Of a stretch of 64,000 nucleotides of DNA, positions 17,349-24,456 are shown piece by piece. Within the stretch, counting starts at the first letter, position 1. Each line of letters starts with the position of its first letter. The notes beneath the pieces are model-generated. The model was not told the origin of the DNA, made no database searches, and saw nothing but the letters and a program-made list of their open reading frames with translations. The DNA comes from an uncultured Acidobacteriaceae bacterium. Its GTDB lineage: Bacteria > Acidobacteriota > Terriglobia > Terriglobales > Acidobacteriaceae. The DNA lies in assembly GCA_963818865.1 (NCBI GenBank), contig CAWFTQ010000007.1, positions 273,763 to 337,762 of the forward strand. Reading direction: 5' to 3'. The position numbers and the translations under genes were made by a program.

Positions 17349-18371
17349 TCACGGGTTCACCACAATCTTCCCAAACATCTGGCTCTTCTCCAAATACTCA
17401 TGGGCGGCACGGAGTTCACTCAGCGGAAACGTACGGTCGACCACCGGCTTCAGCCGCCCGGCAAATACATGTTTTAAGACTTCGTGGAGTTCACCCATGG
17501 TTCCCATGTAGGAGCCGAGCAGACTCAGTTGTCGCCCAAATAGATGCCGCAGATCAATGCCTACATTGGGCCCGGTGGTGGCACCGCAGGTGACCAGCGT
17601 GCCGCCGGTTTTGAGGGACCTCACACTCTCGTCCCACGTGGCAGCGCCCACATGCTCAACCACGATATCGGCGCCTTCTTTGTTCGTGATCTTTCTTACT
17701 TCCTCGGAAATCCTTTGTTGATAGTGATTGATGGCGTAATCCGCGCCCAGTTCGCGGCCTTTTGCCAGCTTCGCTTCGTCGCCGGCGGTCGTAATCACGC
17801 GGCATTGAAACAGCTTCGCAATCTGAATCGCGGCGATGCCAACGCCGGAGCTTGCCCCCAGCACCAGCACCGTTTGTCCCGGATGTATGCCGGCTCGCCC
17901 CACGAGCATGTGCCATGCCGTGACAAACACCAGGGGGACGCTGGCCGCCTGATTGAAATCGAGCGAGTCGGGAATTGGGATCACGTTGGCCGAGGGAACT
18001 GCGATGAGTTCGCAATTTCCGCCGTCCACGGCATTGCCCAGCACGGCAAATTCCCGGCACTGATTCTGTACACCAGCGACGCACTTCGCGCAGCGCCCGC
18101 AGAAAAGCATCGGAGCGATCAGGACACGCTGTCCAGCCTTGAATCCGCTGAGGTACTCGCCAACCTCGACCACTTCGCCGGCAACATCACTGCCGAGAAT
18201 GTGCGGCAGTTTTACTCCAGGGAGTCCCTTGCGCACCCAGACATCCAGATGATTCAGCGAGCATGCCCGTACGCGCACCAGCACTTGATCCTTGCGCAGC
18301 TGGGGATCGGGAATATCTTCATAGGTCAAAACTTCGGGACCGCCGAATTGATGAATGCGGACTGCTTTCAT
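17349..18371 (-). CDS. Zinc-type alcohol dehydrogenase / MDR-family oxidoreductase
   Basis: AGGAG lies before the ATG at 18371. Catalytic-zinc region ACSLNHLD, structural zinc motif C-x2-C-x2-C-x7-C (CGRCAKCVAGVQNQC), and Rossmann motif GASSGVG. Confidence 0.9.
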   Translation of the reverse strand: MKAVRIHQFGGPEVLTYEDIPDPQLRKDQVLVRVRACSLNHLDVWVRKGLPGVKLPHILGSDVAGEVVEVGEYLSGFKAGQRVLIAPMLFCGRCAKCVAGVQNQCREFAVLGNAVDGGNCELIAVPSANVIPIPDSLDFNQAASVPLVFVTAWHMLVGRAGIHPGQTVLVLGASSGVGIAAIQIAKLFQCRVITTAGDEAKLAKGRELGADYAINHYQQRISEEVRKITNKEGADIVVEHVGAATWDESVRSLKTGGTLVTCGATTGPNVGIDLRHLFGRQLSLLGSYMGTMGELHEVLKHVFAGRLKPVVDRTFPLSELRAAHEYLEKSQMFGKIVVNP

Positions 18372-18499
18372 GAGAGCGTTCTCCTGATTAGGTCGGTTGC
18401 TACACAAGCATACTTCCCCAGATCGGGAATTCCCAATCCGGCATCTCGGTGAAATTTATTGCCTCGAGCCATTTAACCTCGCGCATGGCCGGAGTAGGA

Positions 18500-18742
18500 T
18501 TCTTTTGACGGTCTAAGGTTTAGAAGGCGTTGCCAGTGGGTACTGGACTTGGTCCGTCAAACCAGTGAGTGGCTCATCAGCCATTGCAGTTCGACTCTGC
18601 CGCCTTCTGTACGGCCACTCACGAAATTAAAGATTGACTTCGACATCGAACAGAGTAATCATGGAGTTGGTTTGACGGACTAGTCTCGTACACTTTGCAA
18701 GGCCGCAAAAAGCCCCGGAGTGATGACCCGGGGCTTTTGCTC
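18500..18742 (+). promoter_or_regulatory. Structured leader / candidate riboswitch, attenuator or sRNA upstream of xdhC
   Basis: Helices: 18505-18511/18554-18560; 18533-18537/18542-18546; 18565-18573/18614-18622; 18522-18529/18601-18608. A 12-bp alternative helix 18552-18563/18669-18680 is mutually exclusive with the first. The element ends in a terminator hairpin. Confidence 0.35.
18707..18739 (+). terminator. Intrinsic terminator hairpin (possibly bidirectional)
   Basis: Stem AGCCCCGG/CCGGGGCT with a 9-nt loop. It is followed by TTTT on plus and preceded by AAAAA (T5 on minus). Confidence 0.55.
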
Positions 18743-18806
18743 GTCCGCGTTTGACTCCCTCCTGTTAACCGATTGATAATCAGGACTACGACCTAGCTTC
18801 AAGACC

Positions 18807-19670
18807 ATGGATATTTACGAACAAATCGTGCAGCTCCGACGCGAAGGGCGCCGGGGTGCCGTAGCGACGATTGTTAATGTGCGCGGCTCGATTCCTTCGT
18901 TCCGCACGGCGAAGATGCTGGTGCGTGACGATGGCTCAATCGTAGGGACGATCGGTGGAGGCTGCGTCGAGGCCGACGTCTGGCAGGCGGCGCGTGAGGT
19001 GATGGAATCCGAAAAGCCACGGACCTTGACGTTCGACCTCAATCAAGATCCGAAATACGATACGGGGCTGGTTTGCGGGGGTACGCTGGAAGTTTTTGTG
19101 GAGCCGGTTCTACCTCCAGCATTACTTTATGTTTTCGGTGCAGGTCACGTGGCTATTAATCTTTGTCAGGTTGCCGCGAATGCCGGATTTGACCTCATTG
19201 TCACCGATGATCGGACCTCCTACGCCACCAAAGAACGATTTCCTTCCGCTCGCGAAGTGCATGCGCTGGAGTTCGACGAAGCCATCCTGAAGTTCGAGCC
19301 CAATGAGACTTCCTATATCGTTATCGTCACGCGCGGACATCGCGACGACATGCGCATCCTGCGCTGGGCGGTGCAGACGCGCGCTCGATACATTGGCATG
19401 ATCGGCTCCAAGCGCAAGGTGATCGAAATCTTCAAGACGCTGCACCAGGAAGGCGTCCCCGCGCATCTGTTCGACCGCGTGCATGCTCCCATCGGACTCG
19501 ACATCGGCGCCATCACACCCGAGGAGATTGCGGTTGCAATTACGGCCGAATTGATTGCCATCCGGCGGCATGCCAATGCCGCTCTGCCTCACATGAGTTG
19601 GTTTCGTTCGCAGAAATCTCAAGCTGTGGGCGAAGGTGCGGCGGATGCGGCGCTCGATGAAAGCAAATAA
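18807..19670 (+). CDS. xdhC: XdhC/CoxI-family molybdoenzyme maturation factor
   Basis: N-terminal XdhC_CoxI-like block (ATIVNVRGSIPSFRTAKMLV...GTIGGGCVE) and C-terminal Rossmann-like block LYVFGAGHVA. Confidence 0.85.
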   Translation: MDIYEQIVQLRREGRRGAVATIVNVRGSIPSFRTAKMLVRDDGSIVGTIGGGCVEADVWQAAREVMESEKPRTLTFDLNQDPKYDTGLVCGGTLEVFVEPVLPPALLYVFGAGHVAINLCQVAANAGFDLIVTDDRTSYATKERFPSAREVHALEFDEAILKFEPNETSYIVIVTRGHRDDMRILRWAVQTRARYIGMIGSKRKVIEIFKTLHQEGVPAHLFDRVHAPIGLDIGAITPEEIAVAITAELIAIRRHANAALPHMSWFRSQKSQAVGEGAADAALDESK

Positions 19671-19803
19671 ATAAGATGAAAGCAAATAATTGCGGATTGT
19701 TAATTTCTGATGGTTGATGAAAATCGTCGTTCACTCCGGTTTCCGATCGACAATCAGCAGTCAAAAATCAACAATTTCCTGCTGTTAATGCTATCTTCGC
19801 AGT

Positions 19804-20439
19804 ATGGCACGCGCCTCCAGCTTCGCCGGTCTCATCCTCGCGGCCGGAGATTCCTCGCGCATGGGCAGGGATAAAGCCTTATTGCCGTGGCCTCCGTCGG
19901 CAACCGGGCAAGCGCCTTCCAATGACACATTCCTGTCGGCGGCGATTCGGTCGCTTGCGCAGGCTACTGAGTTTGTGCTGGTTGTGGTGGGAAAGAATGA
20001 AGCGGCGCTGGCTCCGATTATTTATGCTCACGGGGCGTCTCTGGTGGTTAACCGGGACCCCAGTCGCGGCCAGTTCAGCTCCTTGCAAGTCGGTCTGCAC
20101 GAAGTGCTCAACCACGGCCGTGACGCGGCCATGGTAACCCTAGTGGACCGCCCTCCGTGTGATACCGCGACCCTCCAAATGCTGCGTGATGCATTCGAAG
20201 TCGCGGATCACGAAATCTGGGCAATCGTGCCCGAGTTTTCGGGAGCGCATGGGCATCCCTATCTGGTGGGCCGCGAGATGATGGCAGCGTTTCTCCGGGT
20301 TCCGGCCACATCGATCGCCCGCGACATTGAACACGAGTACCAGGCGCACATCCAATACGTCCGCGTTGACGATCCTCTGATTGCCCTGAATATCAATACC
20401 TCCGAGGATTACGCGGGGCTGCTGGCGCGGTCGTCCTGA
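19804..20439 (+). CDS. MobA-like nucleotidyltransferase (molybdenum cofactor cytidylyl/guanylyl-transferase)
   Basis: GLILAAGDSSRMGRDKALLPW is the MobA/MocA N-terminal signature. Confidence 0.8.
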   Translation: MARASSFAGLILAAGDSSRMGRDKALLPWPPSATGQAPSNDTFLSAAIRSLAQATEFVLVVVGKNEAALAPIIYAHGASLVVNRDPSRGQFSSLQVGLHEVLNHGRDAAMVTLVDRPPCDTATLQMLRDAFEVADHEIWAIVPEFSGAHGHPYLVGREMMAAFLRVPATSIARDIEHEYQAHIQYVRVDDPLIALNINTSEDYAGLLARSS

Positions 20440-20539
20440 CCCGTGCCCGTCTAGAGAGTCCGCCCATCTAGACCCCGCGTCTGTCTGTACTCATAGTGCG
20501 CCATTGCGCGCTTCCCCCGAAGCACGTTATCGTCGATAG

Positions 20540-21271
20540 ATGGACGCCGCAGAGGCCCAGGCATTTCTTCCGGTTACTAACGAATTTCTCGACGCGATGG
20601 TGCGCCTGGCACCGCGGGTGGCGGCCTTTGACTGCGACGGAACGCTATGGTCGGGCGATGCCGGCGAGCGATTCTTTGATTGGGAGCTGAGACAGGGCGA
20701 CATTGTTTCTGCCGCGCTCGACCGTCCCATGCGCGAACGGTACGCCGCGTACAAGCGTGGCGAGGTCGATGAAACAACCATGTGCGGCGAAATGGTGACG
20801 ATGCACCAAGGCATTTCAGAAGAGAAGCTGATGGCCGCCGCCGCCCGCTTTTTCGAACAGTTCTTCGTCGAGCAAATCTTTCCCGAGATGCGCGAACTGG
20901 TGCGCCGCCTGTTGGAAAACGGCTGCGATGTGTGGGCTGTTTCCTCTTCGAACGATTGGGTCATCCGCGCTGGCATGAAGTATTTTGGCATCCCGGAAAC
21001 ACGCATCCTCGCCGCCAAGGTGGAACGGAATAACGGCATCGCCACAGACCGACTGCTCCGCGTGCCCTCCGGCACGGGCAAACCAGAGGCGCTGCGCGAA
21101 GCAGCAAGGGAAGACATCGACGTAGCCTTCGGCAATTCCCGTTGGGATACGGAAATGCTGGCCATGGCAAGATATGCAGTTGCGGTAAATCCGAATCCGG
21201 ACTTGGAGGCTACGGCTCGAGAACGCGTTTGGCAAATCTATTTCCCCGAAGGCACTGGTTCGCGCGGCTAG
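20540..21271 (+). CDS. HAD-IB family hydrolase (SerB-like phosphatase)
   Basis: DxDGT motif (AAFDCDGTLW), SSSNDW, and a C-terminal GNSRWD block. Confidence 0.8.
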   Translation: MDAAEAQAFLPVTNEFLDAMVRLAPRVAAFDCDGTLWSGDAGERFFDWELRQGDIVSAALDRPMRERYAAYKRGEVDETTMCGEMVTMHQGISEEKLMAAAARFFEQFFVEQIFPEMRELVRRLLENGCDVWAVSSSNDWVIRAGMKYFGIPETRILAAKVERNNGIATDRLLRVPSGTGKPEALREAAREDIDVAFGNSRWDTEMLAMARYAVAVNPNPDLEATARERVWQIYFPEGTGSRG

Positions 21272-21306
21272 CTTGCTATGCGGCTTCTCCATTTACAATT
21301 GGGCCA

Positions 21307-21666
21307 ATGTATTCCGCGCAGATGCTCGATCATTTTCAGAATCCGCGTAATGCAGGAGAAATTGCGGACGCGGACGCCGCCGCGGAAATTGAAAATCCCG
21401 CCTGCGGAGACGTGTTGCGCCTTACCTTGAAAGTAAGCGGAGGCCGAATTACCCAGGCGCAATTCAAGGCTAAAGGATGCGTGGCAGCTATTGCGTGCGG
21501 CTCGGTATTGACGGAATTGATGGCGGGGAAGACCCTGAACGAAGCTAAGAACTTGCGTCGCGAGGATGTGAGCGCAGCTGTCGGTGGCCTGCCCCAAGCC
21601 TCAACTCATGCCGTGCAGTTGGCGCTGGATGCACTATCAACCGCCCTGAACGACATTAAACTGTAA
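21307..21666 (+). CDS. IscU/NifU-N-like Fe-S scaffold protein (variant cysteine pattern)
   Basis: MYSAQMLDHFQNPRNAGE..NPACGD..KGCVAAIACGS. The internal ATG at 21307 is preferred to the 21142 ORF start, which would overlap the HAD gene. Confidence 0.8.
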   Translation: MYSAQMLDHFQNPRNAGEIADADAAAEIENPACGDVLRLTLKVSGGRITQAQFKAKGCVAAIACGSVLTELMAGKTLNEAKNLRREDVSAAVGGLPQASTHAVQLALDALSTALNDIKL

Positions 21667-21676
21667 TTTCGGATTC

Positions 21677-22516
21677 ATGCCGGACCACTCGCCACGCCGC
21701 ATCGCCAGCCTGCAGCCCAGCGCAACAGTTATTCTCGCGGAGATTGGTGAACTCGACCGCGTGGTCGCGTGCACGAAATATTGCGCCGATGTGGTTCCCG
21801 AAATTATTGCGCGGGAGTGTTTAATACTTTCCGACTCCTGGACCGCCAACGCAGAACAGATCATCGCTGCCAAGCCCGACCTCGTGATCGCCTCCGTGCC
21901 TTACCAGGAAAAAGCGGTGATCGAAATACTTAAGTCCGGAGCCCGCTTTCTTGGGTTTGCTCCCAAAACTTTAGCGGACATTTACACCGATGTCGCGATC
22001 ATCGCCGGCGTTGTTGATGCCAGCCATCGGGGCAAAGAAGTGATCGAGTTCATGCGGCAGCGAATCGAACAAGTCCGAAGCCGCGTGGCGCGGACAGAAC
22101 GCCTTAAAGTTTTCTGCGAAGAATGGGGCAAGCCATTAATCGCATCGCAAGCCTGGGTCGCAGAACTGGTCGAGGCCGCCGGAGGTGAATTTCTGGGCGC
22201 ACCGGGGCAGCAAATCTCAGCAGAAGAAGTGAGCCGCATGGATCCCGACATTTTGATTGCCGCATGGTGCGGAGCGGGCGACCGCGTTCCTCTGGAGAAA
22301 ATTGTGGCGGACCGGCACTGGCAGGGAAGTCGAGCTGCGCTTGCTTCGCGGGTCTTCTGCATTCGAGATGAGTACCTCAACACGCCGGCTCCGACGCTTA
22401 TACGCGGGTTGGAGTCGTTGGCATTTGCCATTCATCCCGAGCTGTTTGTCCGGCCGGAAGGAATCCGTCAAATTACCAGCGTTTCATCTTCTGCGGCCGC
22501 GAATCGCGCGCTCTGA
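21677..22516 (+). CDS. BtuF/FhuD-like (Peripla_BP_2) cobalamin/siderophore-binding protein without an obvious signal peptide
   Basis: RIASLQPSATVILAEIGELDRVVACT and PDLVIAS blocks. Confidence 0.7.
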   Translation: MPDHSPRRIASLQPSATVILAEIGELDRVVACTKYCADVVPEIIARECLILSDSWTANAEQIIAAKPDLVIASVPYQEKAVIEILKSGARFLGFAPKTLADIYTDVAIIAGVVDASHRGKEVIEFMRQRIEQVRSRVARTERLKVFCEEWGKPLIASQAWVAELVEAAGGEFLGAPGQQISAEEVSRMDPDILIAAWCGAGDRVPLEKIVADRHWQGSRAALASRVFCIRDEYLNTPAPTLIRGLESLAFAIHPELFVRPEGIRQITSVSSSAAANRAL

Positions 22517-22531
22517 GTTAAGATTTTTCTT

Positions 22532-23011
22532 ATGCCTGTCAAAACCAGAATGGAAGAGGTTCGCTACGAAGTTATGACGCTCGCGGAAGCGGCACCGACA
22601 GCAAAGGATGTCATGCACGGGGTCTGCAAACTGTTGCACGAGCGTATGCTGAAGTACAACTGGGTTGGTTTTTACATGCTCGAGCCCGGCACCAAACCTC
22701 CAGTGCTGGTGCTGGAAAGTTTTGTGGGAGCCATGACTCCACATACGCGTATTCCGCTGAACCAGGGCATTTGCGGCGCTGCGGCCTCGAGCGGCAAGAC
22801 GATTGTGGTGGACGATGTCAGCAAGGACTCTCGCTATCTGGCCTGTTCTCTGGAAACCAAGTCGGAAATTGTTGTGCCTATTTTCGTGAAGAACCAAGTC
22901 GCTGGTGAACTTGATATCGATAGCCATTTCTCGGCCGCGTTCGGAACTGAAGATCAGAACCTTGTCCAATATTGCGCGGAGGTTGTGGGCAAAAGGCTGG
23001 AGAAGTCGTGA
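22532..23011 (+). CDS. msrC: GAF-domain free methionine-(R)-sulfoxide reductase (YebR/MsrC-like)
   Basis: WVGFYML, ICGAAA and ACSLETKSEIVVPI correspond to the fRMsr catalytic-cysteine blocks. Confidence 0.8.
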   Translation: MPVKTRMEEVRYEVMTLAEAAPTAKDVMHGVCKLLHERMLKYNWVGFYMLEPGTKPPVLVLESFVGAMTPHTRIPLNQGICGAAASSGKTIVVDDVSKDSRYLACSLETKSEIVVPIFVKNQVAGELDIDSHFSAAFGTEDQNLVQYCAEVVGKRLEKS

Positions 23012-24048
23012 GAGTCGAAAAAGGCCAGGTGCGGGCGCCCGAGATCGGACGCGTTTGGCTGAATTCTCCGCCGCTGAGTTTCCGTCAGTTGCGCGGACGC
23101 GTCGTTCTGGTGGACTTCTGGGACTATACCTGCCTCAACTGCATACGTACACTGCCCTATGTGCAAGCCTGGCACGAGCGCTACCGGGAAAAGAAATTGA
23201 CGGTGATTGGAGTACACACGCCGGAGTTCACCTTCGCACAGTACGAGTCCAACGTGGAGCGGGGCATTCGCGAGTTTGGACTTACTTACCCGGTGGTCGT
23301 GGACAGCAATCGCGAAATCTGGAAAGCCTTTGCCAACCGGTACTGGCCCACGAAGTATCTGCTGGATAAGGAAGGCTATCTGCGCTACGGCCATTTTGGC
23401 GAGGGCGGCGGTTACGGTGAGTGCGAGCAAGTGATTCAGGAACTGATCCACGAGATCGACCCTGGCGTTGCTCTGCCTGAGATCATGGAGCCGTTGCGAG
23501 AAGAAGATCATCCGGGAGCAGTGTGTTACCGGCCTTCCGGAGAACTTTACCTGGGCCATCGACGCGGGCGGATTGGCAATGAAGGCGGCTTCAAAGAGGA
23601 CGAAGTCGCCGACTATGAGTTTGACGGTAAACTCGAAGAGAATTTGTTTTACGCCAACGGACGCTGGGCCTCAACCGGCGAGTACTTTGAAGCCGCCGGG
23701 GAGGGTCCGCACGTTTTGAAGTTGAGATACGAAGCCTCGGCGGTAAATCTGGTGATGGCCGCGCCCCGCGGGGCCTCGGCGGAAGTTCAAGTGCTGCAGG
23801 ACGGCAGGCCTCTGGCGCGCCGTCAGGCGACGAAAGACATTCGTTTCCGCAACTGCGGCGGGACCTCCGAGAGCTGTGTCGTGGTGGACTCCGCCCGCAT
23901 GTATGCCCTGGTGGACAACCATGAATTCGGCGAGCACGAACTTGAACTGGTTTGTGATCCGGGGATCGCGGCCTTCGCTTTAACTTTCATGGGATGCGTG
24001 GATCCAGTCGCCAGCGCGTTGCATGCCACCAGTAGTGCCGAATTATGA
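23008..24048 (+). CDS. Thioredoxin-fold (TlpA/DipZ C-terminal-like) protein
   Basis: The GTG at 23008 overlaps the upstream stop (GTGA). LVDFWDYTCLNCIRTLPY carries a CxxC motif, followed by GVHTPEF. Confidence 0.8.
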   Translation: MRVEKGQVRAPEIGRVWLNSPPLSFRQLRGRVVLVDFWDYTCLNCIRTLPYVQAWHERYREKKLTVIGVHTPEFTFAQYESNVERGIREFGLTYPVVVDSNREIWKAFANRYWPTKYLLDKEGYLRYGHFGEGGGYGECEQVIQELIHEIDPGVALPEIMEPLREEDHPGAVCYRPSGELYLGHRRGRIGNEGGFKEDEVADYEFDGKLEENLFYANGRWASTGEYFEAAGEGPHVLKLRYEASAVNLVMAAPRGASAEVQVLQDGRPLARRQATKDIRFRNCGGTSESCVVVDSARMYALVDNHEFGEHELELVCDPGIAAFALTFMGCVDPVASALHATSSAEL

Positions 24049-24437
24049 AACGGGTTGTAGCTGCGGTAATCGAGCGGGAGGGCAGGTTTCTCGTCTGCCA
24101 ACGGACGCGGCATCAGACCATGCCCCTCAAATGGGAGTTCCCCGGGGGAAAAATCGAAGAAGGCGAACAGCCCCGCGATGCGCTGCGGCGGGAGTTGGAA
24201 GAGGAACTGGGAATTCATGCCAAAGTTGGCGACGAGATCGCTCGCATACAGCACACCTATCCGAATGGCGCCGCGGTCGAGCTGAGATTTTTTATCGTGC
24301 GAGAATATGGAGGCGAAATTGAAAATCGCATCTTCCGCGATCTCCAGTGGTCGGCCCCCAATGCTCTTCCGTCCTATGATTTCCTTGAAGCGGATGCGTC
24401 CCTGGTGAAGGATCTGGCCGCCGGAAGGTTGCCCTGA
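24045..24437 (+). CDS. NUDIX hydrolase (MutT-like)
   Basis: Nudix box GGKIEEGEQPRDALRRELEEELGI. ATGA overlap with the upstream gene. Confidence 0.85.
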   Translation: MKRVVAAVIEREGRFLVCQRTRHQTMPLKWEFPGGKIEEGEQPRDALRRELEEELGIHAKVGDEIARIQHTYPNGAAVELRFFIVREYGGEIENRIFRDLQWSAPNALPSYDFLEADASLVKDLAAGRLP

Positions 24438-24456
24438 GAACAGGCGCTGCGCGGGC

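Noticed and set aside
18480-18806. Assigning the xdhC leader to the known Moco riboswitch class, or to 6S RNA
   Set aside because: The genomic context fits Moco, but I cannot match the sequence to the Moco motif from memory. The fold I can draw is not the long 6S-type rod with a central bubble. It is kept only as an unclassified structured leader pending a covariance-model scan.
21142-21306. Upstream extension of the IscU-like ORF
   Set aside because: It would overlap the last 130 nt of the HAD gene in another frame and adds a Gly/Cys/Arg-rich non-homologous stretch. The conserved IscU N-terminus MYSAQMLDHFQNP begins at 21307.
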